64,000 nt of DNA from assembly GCA_017499595.2 (NCBI GenBank), contig CM039004.1, forward strand, positions 1,302,001 to 1,366,000. The letters are read 5' to 3'. Under the pieces are notes generated by a model that saw nothing but the letters and a program-made list of their open reading frames with translations, had not been told where the DNA came from and searched no databases. Position 1 is the stretch's first letter. Each line of letters opens with the position of its first letter. The position numbers and the translations under genes were made by a program. This DNA is from Psilocybe cubensis (lineage: Eukaryota). This document shows positions 24,950 through 37,889 of the stretch, one piece after another.

Positions 24950-27540
24950 GCGATCCGTACCTGTACCTGTACCGATACCGATACCCTCCCTACCTACCAA
25001 GGTCCCCAAAAATGTCTTTCAACTAGACTGTCACTGTCCATGGTGATATGGCACGTATGCCGACGCTATGCTATGATGCTGTGATGCTATGATGCTATGA
25101 TGTTATGCCTGTCTGTCGCTTGGCTTGTCGAGGCAGGCAGGCAGGCAGGCATGATACCGCTATCACTATCCCTACCCGCAATAATTTATCGGTTCCGGAA
25201 TCCGTTCATTTCGTTCATTCGATCGACGACGCGACGATACGACGATACGACGGTGCGAAGGCTTTGTGTATATCATACTGTTATACCAGACAACAACAAA
25301 AAAAAAAAAAAAAACAGAAATTGAAACCGAAAATAAAAATCGAAATCAAAACTAAAAGGCACCAGACTCGCTTCTTGCGCACTCTCGGATCAGAGTCAGA
25401 GGGATGGAGATTTCCTGCTGCCACTTGCACGATGTGCAAAGTGCATTGGACACGACATTGGACATGCACACGCCACGACCTCGTTGATGATTCCCCTTGC
25501 TTTCCACCTCATACCTCCTACCTCCTACCTCATACATCACTACATCACATCACTGCACTGCATTACACTGCTGCCATGAACTGCACTACACGTAGCTGGA
25601 CGTAGCTGGACGCGGCACCCTGTCCACATTCTACATTCCACATTCCACATTCCATCTCGTGTCCTACACATGCAATTTCCGTGTACCGTCTAAACTGCGT
25701 ATAAGTATGTACACCGTGTTGATCGTCGATCGTCATCCTTGATACTTAATCCCTCGCCTTGGAGTCTCCTGGAGTTGCATTGATTGGACTGGATCGAAGG
25801 ACTGGGGAGTGAAGGACTGAGGACTGAAGGACTGACGTTGGAGAATGGACTGAACCGACCGAACTATTGAACGATTGAACGATTGAACGAGCAACCGAGC
25901 GACTGACTATTGATTGACTCTGACCTGACCGGACTCTTGATTGTTTGCCATTTGAGCCGTGGAGTTTGCATCGCGCACTGCCCGTCGCACCTCGTTATCC
26001 GTTACCGTAAATATTTTTTCGCTTTTTTTGTTGTCGTCATCGGTGGTGGTGGTGTCGTTTATGAAGTCGTTTATAAAGTCGGACTTTGATTCGAGGATTC
26101 GACTTGAACTTTGGACTCTTTGGACATTTGAATCTCTGGACATTGGACATTGGACTCTTTGGAGTTGAACTCGGACTTGGACTCTTTGGACATCGGACTT
26201 TGGACTCTTTGGACACTGCATTGGACTTGTGACTGTGCCACGTACATGTACATATCCCATTTCCCATTTCCGTAATTCCTTCCTCTACCCCAACAATCAA
26301 CGATCAACAATCATCGCTACTTCCCCTTCGCATTCACACTCACATTTACATTTACATTCTCACTCACATTCGCATTCGCCTTCACAATCACATTCGCATT
26401 CACAACCACATTCGCATTCACATTCACATTTGCGTTCACATTTGCAATTCGCGTTCGGCATCGCCTCTTCGCCCCATCCCCACCTCATGCGCACTGCGTA
26501 GACAGTTGTCAGTTGTCAGTTGCATTTTTGTCGCAAGAGTTCAGGTTCAGATTTCACTTCGTCGTCGTCGTCGTTGTCGTCGTTTTTTTTTTTTTTGTTT
26601 GTTTTTTTGGACTTCTGAATTGGACTTTTGGACTATTTGAACTTTTGGACTTTTGAACTTTCGTTCTGTTCTTCTTTCTTTGAAGATGGCTTTTTTACTT
26701 TTTTGGTTTGGACGTTGTCGTTTCTGGTCTATTCCAAATCCTAGTCCTAGTCCGAATCCGGGTCCGGGTCCGGGTCTGTATCCCTTTTCCCATCCACACA
26801 TCGCCATATCCCTACATCGCCATCGCATCTTATGCAACAAAGCACAAGAACATGCACACGCACACGCACAGTATATCGACAGTTCCGTTTTTCTTTCTCC
26901 CTCCCTCCCCACCCCCACACCCCCACCTGACATCCTGACATACCAAATCCCCTCCTGCCTCTGCTTGCCTTTTTTCCTTCTCCTTCTATCTCATGTTCTA
27001 GATATGTCGCACGTACACTGTCACCATCATCGCATCAGCATCAGCATCCAATATCCAATATCCCACATCCAACACATCACATTCAACACAATACATTACA
27101 CCCAACAAACACATCCAATATAACACATCCAATACAACAAAATGCATCCAATACAACACAACTTGACATTTACGCGCATACATCACACAATTCATAAACA
27201 TATCGTACAACATACCTTGACACATTACCACTCACAGACAGATAGATAGATAGACATTGGTACTTGAGCTCTTACAAGTTTTGAGTTTGATACCCTCTCC
27301 CTCTCCCCCTCCCATCATCCTCCTACCATGCACCATGCACCATGATCACACTCATCACAGTCACACAAGCACGCACGTACGAACAACTCGCACGTTACAG
27401 CAATTTTCTTTTTTTTTTGGTTTTGTGTACATTAGGTTAACTGTTACATTGTTAGTTTACATTAGTATCGATTGTGATTATTGCGTGGTCTAACTTGTAT
27501 GTTTGAATTTAGTCATTAGATAGATAGGTTAGGTATCGAG
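24950..27540. repeat. Patchwork of imperfect short tandem repeats and homopolymers
   Basis: Contains (CTATGATG)n, (GGCA)n, poly-A, (GGACTGA)n, (GAACGATT)n, (TTGGAC..)n, (CATTCR)n, poly-T, (CATCCAATA)n and (GATA)n. Confidence 0.9.
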
Positions 27541-28328
27541 CAAGTTATATATTCCAGATTCCAGACATGGAGTTACTGGATTGGATTTAGATGTGTGCGT
27601 CGCGTTCTGTCAAAGGATTATATGCGTATGGTTACGGCGTTTTTCTTTTTAAAAAAAATTGAGGTCTGTAGTCCTTTTAGTGTTGCGTCAGACGCGCGCG
27701 CAGACAACGCAACGCGTTAACAGGCGAACGGCACTCTTCCGTCACTATATATAGCTACGTGAGCCCCTATTTGGGACAGGGCGATCGATAGAAAGGTCCT
27801 GAAGAAACGAAAGGCGAAGAGACGCGAATGCCTTGCGCTTATAGCCTTATTGTGTCTGTCAACTTACCAAGGGCAAAAAAGGGCGTTTAGCGGTCGTCAC
27901 GGCAGAGAAAATGACATGGGGGTTCAAGACACGAAGACGCGAGACCATGCGCATGAGAGAGAAGCAAAGTGCTCGGAATAGACGGCTCATTGTCTTTTGG
28001 GAAACAAAGTTTGCCTTTCCGGGGTGTCAAAACAAAGAGGGACAAATAGTGACATGGGTGAGGTGTGACACAATTGCTGTGTGGATAGACAGTGGAAGCT
28101 ATTGTTCGTATTGTTCTCGTCCTAATGCGATATAAGGATGGGAAGCAGCTGTGCTTGTTCTGCATCCCATTTCAGAGCTAGTCTCGTCTGGATATCGCCT
28201 GCATTTCAACCCACATTTTACGACCCACATTTGCCTGTCTCTTCTCTGCACATTACTATTACGACTAATAATTACTACTTGCTTCGACCTTGCATCAGGA
28301 CCTATCAACCCCTCTTCATTTCACGACC

Positions 28329-30077
28329 ATGTCCGCCCAAACTGCCCCCCAATTTGCCTTCCTCTCTCAGCCACCCCCGCCTCTTCACAAAAAGCGCCCT
28401 ACTCCCCTTCCCTCTCCCCCTGGCTACCCACTGCCTCCTATCCCAGTCCAAGCCACCCCTGTCACCCGCCGTCGCTCGAGCACCTTTTCTAGCATCGCCG
28501 CCTGGGCAGCCCACGTCCAGCCCGGCTCGCCTGCCCCGCGCTCCCCTCACCGCCGCCTCTCCACCACCTCCGCCCGCCGCCCGTCCCTCACCCGTCTAGC
28601 CCGCCGGCCCTCCATCACCCACGCACGCGCCCCCTCTGGCTCCTTTGCGCATATAATCGATATCGACGCCCTCGACACGCCTTCCGCCGCGTCCAACTTT
28701 GAGCTCGATCTCACCGCGCACGGCTACACTTCCCTCTTTGTCCGCCTCCCCAAGACACCCACCACACCCTCGCCCCTCCTCCGCGCGTACAACGCCCAGC
28801 ACGCTAAACCCGCCGCAGCGCCTGCTAAAGCCCCGCTTTCTGCGAGCTTCGCGATCGCCAACATCCCCATCCCACCCGTGCCACAGGAGCCCAAGCGCGC
28901 ACCCGCACACAGCAAAGGCGGCATGAAGCGCTTCCGCTCCCTCACCATCCTCCGCCCCAAGGCTAAACAAGCTCCTGCACCCGCGCAGCCTACCACACCC
29001 GCGGCGACATCCTCCCAGCGCGCCGCGTCCATCGCGCAGCGCAAACGCTCCAAGTACGCACATGTGCGCCCGCCCCCGCCACTCGCGAACGAGCTTGCGC
29101 TCATGCAGTTTGCCGATGGCGGCTCGCTCGACGCGAACATTAAGCGCGTTATGGAGGCGCAGGCCAAGGCCACCGCCGGCCACTCCGCCGCGCCAGGTGG
29201 TGTAGGTGATGTGTACCGCGACGCTCAAGGTGGCGTATGGTGGGACGCAGACGAAGAGATGGAGTACGCCCATCTCCTCGAGGGTGATGGCGATGTGGGC
29301 ATGGACATGGACATGGTCGACATGCACTGGGAAGAGGATTTCGACATGGTCGACGCGTCTGAGCCAGTGGCCGCACACATCGCCGCGCCCGCCACTAACC
29401 CGGCTGCAAACTCCACCGCAGACAAGGAGAACCTCCCCGTCTCCCTCTCCCGGCGCACCTCGCTGACCTCGGAAGACTCCGACCTCGACCCAAAGTACCT
29501 CCTCCCTCTCCCAGAAAACGAAGACCCACGGCTCGCCCCACCCGACGACCGCGTGCTCGTCTCCACCACCTCCAAAACCAACGCGAAAATGAGCGTGCTC
29601 TCTCTCCCCGCGCGACCCCGCCGCCGCGCCGCGCACCTGTGCAAGACCGGGTTCTTGGTCGACGGTGTTGCGTGGGAGCTGCCTGGGCCTGTGCCCTCTA
29701 GCCCGAGGAGCCCTAGGAGTCCGACGAGGAGCGTTGGTGGGATGGGAGTTGGGCAGGCGAGGCCGAAGGGCAAGGCGAGGAGACGCCCTGCGCCGCTCAA
29801 ACTGGCGAGCTCGAATATCACGTCTTCTCCTGTGTCCAGGAGGCCCGCGACGCCTGCTGCTGCTGCGAAACCCACCGTCCCGAGTCCGCAGAGACTGCGG
29901 AACGAGTTCATCGCGGACTCGTTTGAGCCTGTGCCTGCTTTACCTGCGTCGCTGCCTGTGCAGCATACATCCACAACCGCGGTTCCTGCGAGCCCGGTTG
30001 TATCGACGATTTCAAAGGCCACGCGACATGCGAAAGTACGCGGCTTTTTCGGGATGGGGCGTAAAGTCGGCGAGTAG
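28329..30077 (+). CDS. Intronless ~582-aa Pro/Ser/Arg-rich protein of unknown function
   Basis: Long ORF with strong GC3 bias and a good start context (ACCATG). One ordered-looking core: PLANELALMQFADGGSLDANIKRVME...DVYRDAQGGVWWDADEEMEYAHLL. Confidence 0.85.
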   Translation: MSAQTAPQFAFLSQPPPPLHKKRPTPLPSPPGYPLPPIPVQATPVTRRRSSTFSSIAAWAAHVQPGSPAPRSPHRRLSTTSARRPSLTRLARRPSITHARAPSGSFAHIIDIDALDTPSAASNFELDLTAHGYTSLFVRLPKTPTTPSPLLRAYNAQHAKPAAAPAKAPLSASFAIANIPIPPVPQEPKRAPAHSKGGMKRFRSLTILRPKAKQAPAPAQPTTPAATSSQRAASIAQRKRSKYAHVRPPPPLANELALMQFADGGSLDANIKRVMEAQAKATAGHSAAPGGVGDVYRDAQGGVWWDADEEMEYAHLLEGDGDVGMDMDMVDMHWEEDFDMVDASEPVAAHIAAPATNPAANSTADKENLPVSLSRRTSLTSEDSDLDPKYLLPLPENEDPRLAPPDDRVLVSTTSKTNAKMSVLSLPARPRRRAAHLCKTGFLVDGVAWELPGPVPSSPRSPRSPTRSVGGMGVGQARPKGKARRRPAPLKLASSNITSSPVSRRPATPAAAAKPTVPSPQRLRNEFIADSFEPVPALPASLPVQHTSTTAVPASPVVSTISKATRHAKVRGFFGMGRKVGE

Positions 30078-31948
30078 ACGATTATCGACATCCCTGCCCA
30101 ACCCAACCAAAAACTTTCAATCGCTCCGAGGCGTTGATAAATTCCTGAACTCTTTTCCTGTTTCTCTTTTTTCCTTTTTCCTCACTCTCATCTGGTCTGA
30201 ACATGCTGTTGTACACGCTTATTGATATTTGTATAGTATACCCTAATTATCCGCTCTGTACTCACCCACCCACTGCACGACTTACGAGTTAGATTTACGA
30301 ACTCTTCTGTCTGCTCTTTTCTCAGTTTTCTTGTACCTCTTTCCGCTGTATCATCCCCTCACCTTTTCCCCTCACAACACTCACACTACTCCTACTCACA
30401 CACTACCGCCGCGCTACCTCACCTCACGACACACGCACCTCGCTATATCTCTGTTTTTATCTATCTATCATGACACCTACAACATCTATCACATCTTACT
30501 GTATCACTAGCACCCACGCTTTCGTAGTTCTGAATGGTTGAAATCCAATCGTCGGTTTTTTTTTTCTTGGAATTTTTATTGGTTTTTTTTTTTCTTTTTT
30601 GGGAGTTTGAATTCGTACAATCGGTTGCTGTAAATCAAGTCAAGAGAGGTACAGAAAGGTCCCAGGACACTTGACAGGACCCGAGCACTTTAAAGGCAAA
30701 CCCAAGCCTGCCCATTGCCCAAGCCAAGCGAAACGCGAATACAACAAACGCGAAGGTAAACGGAATGGGCAATGCCTTATCATGTATGGATCTTGTCTTT
30801 AGTTTCAATGTGTGCGGCAGCGGCACTCCGACGTCGTGTTGTGGCTGATAGTAATAGTAATAGACGCTGAGGGCTGAGGGCTTAGCTGTTGCCTTTTTTT
30901 GACGCCTGGGGTTATATTCTTTGCGTCTTCTATGTACAATTGTACATTGTACATACATTGGTAATTTGAATCGGTTGGTTAAGTTTGGAGATTTTAGAGG
31001 ATCGCGATTACTTTATGCGGTATTTAGTCATACCGTTACCAATTGCACAATGCAAGGGTGCGAGATCATGGATAGGGTCCCCGTGATGATACCCATCGCA
31101 GGCAAGGGAAAGTCGATACGTAGTTGGAACTAGAACCTGACTATGACGAGAAGAAGGGGGCGGGACGAGCTTCTGCCCTGTTCTTACAAGTTTCAAACGT
31201 GTGTTAATGGTTAATGTTGTTGTTCCAAGTCAAGGGGCAGTCCAATTAACGGGTGAGGGTTTTTAATGTTACACGGTGCGGGTATGATACAATTACAAAA
31301 AAAAAAAGAAAAAAAGTTCATGCGTGATATCTAGAGCAAACCCAGAAAGAAAAAAAAGAAAAGAAAAAGATAACAAACTCGGTCGATTTTGGCGTCGGGC
31401 GCGGCGCGCACGCCATTACCCCAGAGAAAAAAAAATGGAGAGAGAAAAGATAGCGGGAAAAAAAAGCTGATTTTTACTTCAAATGATATTCGATAATGAT
31501 AACGTGCAGTTGGATGAGAGACAATGAGCGAATGAGCGGACGGCAGGCAGTGAAAGCAGAGAATCGAGATAACGGGGGTAAAAGGCTACAAAAGGCATTG
31601 CGGTTCGGTTTGGTCTAGGATAACGAAAGCATGAGGTGAAAAATTTTGTTAGGTTGGGCAAGGAGAGACGTGATGCCAGAGGTCCCGGTTGGTTGTGGAG
31701 ATCTGGAGTTGGGTCGTTGAAAGATGAAAGCAAAGGGGTAATGGAAACATAGGTGTCCCGCGATATGATCCTGGGACTATTGTGTGCGCAGCATAGCTGT
31801 GGTGAGATTTGGTGTGTTTGTATCTGGATAGTAGAGGTGGAGCATGATAGGGGCTGTCGATGCCCCGCCGACCCAACTTCCAAAAGTTGGATCATCGCTC
31901 CGCTCGATCGTACGTTGCGTACGTTCCATTCGCTCCGGAACGGTATAT

Positions 31949-32917
31949 TTAGGACATCAGCTTCTCGCCCCATACAAGGCGGTGCCGATGGGCACGGTAC
32001 GCGCCGGTGAGGGAGATGTAGAAGAGCCAGGAGCACACGACGAAGGAAAAGACGAAAAGGGTGCGGAGGTAGAGCTTCCACCGCCAAGAAACGGGGCTGC
32101 TGGAGGTGAAGATGATACTTCGCCAGCGTTCGTAGAACTCTGTGTTGAGCCAAGTGAGGTCAGCTACGAGAGTTTGAGCCTGGTGTGCATAGTTAATAAA
32201 AAACGGGTGTTGAAAGGATATGAAAGGAACGGAATGACACACCTTGACGCGGCCAGAGTCGTACACCTCGCGAATATCTGAGACCTCAGCGTCAATGATG
32301 GGAAGGGTCTCCCCGAGATCCGTCAGAGTGTCCATGGCGTTTTCCAATTCCTTCTTGATTTGCGGCACTTGCTGAGTGAGAGAGGTTTGTGCGCGAAGTT
32401 GTGTTCGCTGCAAATCAATTAGGGGTATATCAGCATCCGCTCCAGTGGTTATGAAATAAAGAAAGGGTGAAAAAAGCAAGGCAAAGAAAGATGCTCACTT
32501 GAAGATCAGTGTAAACTTCGTTGATGAGGTTGTCGACGGCGCGGAAGTTGCTTAGATCCTCGATTAGCCTGGACTGGAGGACGAGGCGAAAGAGGAGGGT
32601 TCAAATGTGAGCTTAAAACCAGAACCCGCAATCCCCAAAGAAAGGAATCAAAAACAAATTGGCAGCATACCTCCAGGTCTTTCATCAAGTGTTCGTTCCT
32701 TAGATTCTTCTTGTAGTGATTTCTCAAAGCCGCTTCGATCTTGCTGTCGAGGGTGGTGTGTAAATGGTGAGCTCATGCTCTGAAACGGCGGTGAACGGAC
32801 GTACAGTGTAGAAACGGTTGCTGGACCAGAAGCACTCAGATTGTGACGAGAGCTCTGATGTGGTAGACCTCTTCCTCCAAGTCGCTCTTGAGACTTTTGA
32901 GTCCTGCTTGAGGACAT
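31949..32917 (-). CDS. Uncharacterised coiled-coil protein with a C-terminal TM helix (5 exons)
   Basis: Canonical GT-AG splicing gives a continuous frame: MSSSRTQKSQ...VSTL/KIEAALRNHY...KDLE/SRLIEDLSNF...TDLQ/RTQLRAQ...GRVK/AQTLVADL...TLFVFSFVVCSWLFYISL...KLMS. Confidence 0.8.
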
Positions 32918-35051
32918 CCAATGCAAAGAGGTTGGAGAAAAAAGAGACGAGAAAAAGAAAACAGAAAAAAGAAAGGGGAACGAAGAGAATAGAACGAAGG
33001 CAAGGAACCAAAAGAGTTAATAAAAAGAATATTGATTTTATTCTATCAGTACATTATAGAAGCAATTTACATAAATCCTGTCGGGCAAGGTGGAGCCTCG
33101 TGCTGTGCTGTGATACTGATCCCTCCTCGCTATGAATAGTCTGATCGAATTCACGTGTGTCAAGACCACTCGGCCGATCTTCTTAATCTGTCACTTATCT
33201 CCTGCTTTGTTCTTGGCCTCTACCATTGTATTGCAGACCACCAGCGGTCATATACCCACAAAACTCACACCTTGCGCGCTACCATCACAGTTTTCGATGT
33301 TGTGACTCTTGCGGGTTTAGCAGCTCGTCGAAATCCCGAATACCGCTTGTATCGAAACGGCCTTCCATGCTAACCTCTGATCAGGAAGTGCTTCTCAATC
33401 AAAAATGGCCATCCACTTTTCCAGGCAAAGCGAGAGAAATTTTTACTTGGGTCGGACTTGTAATCTTGTCTAGATTTCGTGATCAGAGCCGAGTATTTGT
33501 TTCTATCCTCGCAACTGCCAACTGGTACATAACATCTGCCAGCTTACCGGCTTCACGGTCCTTAGGCGTCAAGCATAAATCATGATGAAACTCCAGATGG
33601 CCCTCACTCGCTCATTTCCTCCTGCCTACTAGCAACGTGCTGGGCAACAGAGGTGTGGATCATTTACACGACCTGTCACGTTGTTGTCATCTGGATGGGT
33701 TCCATCTTCAGATTCTCTCACAATGTTGGGACAGATCCATACAGGTAGCATTGGCAAGCCTATTGACAGTGAAAAAAATGGATGCTATTTCTACGACAAC
33801 AACAGCTCTCTCGTCTGCATAATAACCACTTTGGTAGAACGTGCACGGGATTCAGTCGAAAACAATCATGTCAACACGTGCAAATTATTGAAAAGAGTCC
33901 CCGCTGTTCACTGATTCCTTGACAAACCGATGTTCTACGCTACTCATCACTGTCGCAAGGACGTATCTAATCTGTGGCACAAGTCACTATATCAAGGCTA
34001 TGTTATACCATTTACCTATAGGTCTTTTAAAGGACGCTTTGGTCTAGACGGCGTACAGCATCCTTCCATGCTGCTTCTCTTGGTCAACTGTATCGGCCAG
34101 GCTATCAATCACGAAGCAACTTCAAGGTTTGGACTCTAGTCGGACAGCTTGCTTGTTACCCCACGTACCCCGCTTTTCAAAGGCAAGACCGTTTGGCAGC
34201 AACCGATTATTTTGGAATTATATGTGCTTTTGGTTATGTATTTCAACTGGTACCAAACTAAACAAGGTGCGTTGCCTTCCGATGCTCAACACACTCAACC
34301 CTTCCCTTCCTGCCTGATTTGTATTGGTAGAGGCTATCGGTTAGGGTGCTTTCGAGGTAGGTCCTTTATGCAGATAATGAAAGCCTACCCTGTCTCATTT
34401 ATCCATCTAGAGAGACAGATACTTTGCATGACACGCAAAGCCTTTTTTACCCCGATGATTACCGCAAACTCGTAGAATTTAGAGGTGGATAGTTATATCC
34501 TTAGCCTGTAATGTTATCTTCCTTTGCTGAAGCCCTATATGACGCACTCCATTGTGATAACTGTATCAAGGCAACAGCATGTGGCGCATACACTCAATGA
34601 CTCGCACGAGATCATGCTTTTTTTTCCGCGAAACACTTTGGAGGAATGTCGTCCACAAGATAAGTTCTTCTCTAGCTTCCAATATTCTCCCAGCCACTGC
34701 GACTTCTTCTTGTTTTGACTCGTGTGCTGCTTGCGTTATTCTCCGGTGTGCTATACAACGATGGTCACGCATATGCCCTCTTGACCTTTCTGGCGCTCGA
34801 TAACCGCCTTTGACGACATTGCGTTGCACAAGGGCCAACGAATCACACTACCGACGATTGCATGATTCTCAGAATTCTTTTCGGAATAGAGATTCGTTGG
34901 ATCTACCGACTTTCTTGAAAATATCTACAGACGTAATTGGATTCGATTGGGCGCACGATAAAAAGGACGGCTAGTTGGTGAGCTAGCAAACAACAGTTAG
35001 CCCTCTTCTGCTGCTTATTCTCTGGGTCTTTCTGCCTGTCCTTGATCAGCC

Positions 35052-36689
35052 ATGAAAATCAGCTCTATCTGGATCTTCACTCTTCCGATCATTGCAATCT
35101 GCAGTGCATCCGCATTTCCCGTTAACGCTACGACGGCCTTGGATCTGCTCGATCACAATGCCAGAGAAGTTCTGAGGCGCGCGACGCCAGCTGCGCCGCA
35201 TTTCGTTGTTTACGCTGATTCCTATGACCCCTCGACGACAGGGCCTCCTGCGGCGTCTGCAATCAAAGTAAGGACGATCCAATTCAGATTTTTCGCCGAC
35301 TAATATTCGATCACTCCTTTGACAGGGATTCAACGTTTTGTAAGTTCTTTCATCGCGGAGGCTTCGCAAGACTTATGAATATCTTTTACCTCTCCGTGGC
35401 AGCGCATTATCGTTCCTTCTCATTGAAGGCGCCTGGGACAAGGTACTGGCGCCGATCATCCTATTTACAGAATTGCACTCATCTCAATCCCGAACAATAG
35501 GCGTACGAGTGGACCACATTCACAGATGCTCAGCGCACTACTATCAAGTCCCAGTATGCCTCTGCTGGTATTAAGCTTGTGGTTTCCGTGTTCGGGTCGA
35601 CGGATGTTCCAACATCTACTAACGCGGATCCCATCGCCACTGCAAATACTATGGCAGCCTGGGTGAAACAATATCAGTTGGACGGCATCGATGTTGATTA
35701 TGAGGTTGGTACTGATTTGGTCAAACCCAATTTGCATGTGACGATCTTCGCAGGATTTCAATGCCTTTGCAGCTGGCGACGGCAAAGCTGAGGTGAACAT
35801 TTCCTGATCTTCTCAATTATCGACTTTGCTCAAGTGATACAGGCATGGCTAATTTCGTTCACAAAGCAATTACGAACCCAGCTGCCCCAAGGAACATATC
35901 TGCTGACCCATGCTCGTAAGGCCAATTGTTGCCCTTGAACGCGGTATCAGGTGTCTGACGAGTAATTTCCATTTTGAAATAGCTGTAGCCCCATGGTCCG
36001 TAATTGTTTGGCTTTTTAGTTGTTTAGTGACATGAATTGACCGCTAAATTAGGTTCTCTCCGACCCAGTGGGGCGGCGGGGGTTATCTCAAAGTACATTC
36101 CTCAGTCGGAAGTCTTATTGACTGGTACAATATTCAGGTATACAAATCCCTTTGTTGTTTCTTTTGCGGCCGATCCTCTCATTGATATAAACGTTATCTA
36201 CCTCTGCTAGTTCTATAACCGTAAGCAATCGAAAGCGTCGTCTAATTATAAATGACTACTGATAACCGAACAAAACCAATGTAGAGGGTGCCTCTGAGTA
36301 TACCACATGTGCGAACCTTCTCACCACATCTTCGAACACATGGCCAAAAACTGCCGTTTTCCAAATCGCTGCTAACGGAGTGCCGCTGGAAAAAATTGTA
36401 ATCGGCAAACCGGCGACCTCCAGTGATGCTAGCAACGGCTTCATGTCCACTTCTACTCTCGCGAGCTGCTTGCAGCAAGCTAAGAATAACGGATGGAGTA
36501 AGTACCTTGCAAATACCTAAGCCATCGTTTGATGTATTTATACGTGCCTTTCAGCCGGTGGAGCCATGGTCTGGCAGGTAAGGTCTACAAGCTCGAATAA
36601 GTTGAAACAGTATTAACGTTTCTCTATAGTATCCCAAAGCAACTTCGTCCTGGATAACTGCCGTACGTTCTCTGTCTTGGCCTGTTTAA
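35052..36689 (+). CDS. Secreted GH18 chitinase, copy 1 (12 exons)
   Basis: Signal peptide, KLVVSVFGS and the catalytic LDGIDVDYE (DxxDxDxE); then THAP/VAPW, IDWYNIQ/FYNQ, KIVIGKP and GAMVWQY. Confidence 0.93.
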
Positions 36690-37889
36690 CAACAAGGCAG
36701 GATAGATTTAAGTCCATCCTTTTGGAGGAACCCCTTAGATAATTTGCTGTCGTTTTATGCCCTTCATCTATAGTCTTTGATGTATTTTTTTCGGGATTCG
36801 GAACATGACCTTTGTCCTCGCTTCATGTTGAAACTGTGCAATCAATCTTGAGGAGTCTTGCAATTGTTCTGTCTGAAGATCACTGTTTAAAAGTATTATC
36901 CTTTTGGCTTCTGTAAAATTTCCGTGTGTTCAGTCCTCAGGTAACTCAATGTTTTTCGGGTCAACCGCCGTTCTATTCTGATCCTCAAAAAACAAGTGTT
37001 GGATAACAATTAACTAGGCTTCCAGAACACGATAAGTTTGTCTTGAATTTTAAGTTCATTGTGTAAACATCACCCAGGGTGCTATACTTTCAAGTTGTAG
37101 ACATCAGAATTTGTGGAGTAACAGTACAATAAGTCTTCCTTATTGGATTTGGTCTCACGCCTCTTGACTCTTACCAGCCACGTAGCAAAGTCGTTTCTGG
37201 CAACGCACGTCTTATTTAACATTGATCATGCTCATCTCTCGTGCTTGGTCAAGATTCTACTCTGGAAGCATGTGTTTACCTATAGAAGGGCTTTCACTAC
37301 AAGTCATTGAGCACGTCTACAAGTTTCTGGAGGGTTGCTATGCCAGTTTGGTTTAGTGAAAAGGCGCTCGTACCGCTGGCGATCAGATGGCAAGCTAATA
37401 TCTATTGCTTCGGCTTTGTCAGGGTGGCCAGATACCACACGCTAGGGTCTCCTGACAACGTCGCAATCTTCGGTTGTTCGGGAAAAGTCTGTTATATCTC
37501 GGGCCAAATCACGAACCAAACAGCACCGTATGGCATCGATTTCATTCTGTGCTGTCGCAGAACCGGGACTTAGGCATCATATTTCCGTTGAACACATAGA
37601 TCCTAAATATGCTGTCTTCAGAGTTCAAGAACGATATGTCTTCCACACATATGTGCATTTTGGCTTCATAGGCTGCAAAGAACCACATGGACAGCGCTCA
37701 AGCTTTGGCACACGCTCTCTTTTCTTAGTGGTCAAATGATGAAGACAGAACTCAGTGACTACCAGCAAAGAGATATGTTGATCTTTCTGGCGACTCGGAG
37801 CTGTATTTAAGGCTGAGAGAAACGCTGCAAGGCATAGACACAATCGTCTGCTCAACCCTGCTAGCTACTCTCGAACGCTACTCTTCGCC

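Noticed and set aside
26229-26501. His/Ser-repeat ORF and neighbouring ORFs at 25-27.5 kb
   Set aside because: These are by-products of stop-poor tandem repeats, with no splice structure or domain signal.
27746-27776. TATATATA and a CArG-like CCTATTTGGG upstream of the 28329 gene
   Set aside because: The motifs are short, one has a mismatch, and the TSS is unknown, so they are not supportable as functional sites.
33030-34950. Possible minus-strand spliced gene or lncRNA (GTAAGC...TAG-like signals near 33400-33550)
   Set aside because: I could not build a convincing continuous reading frame. Transcript data are needed.
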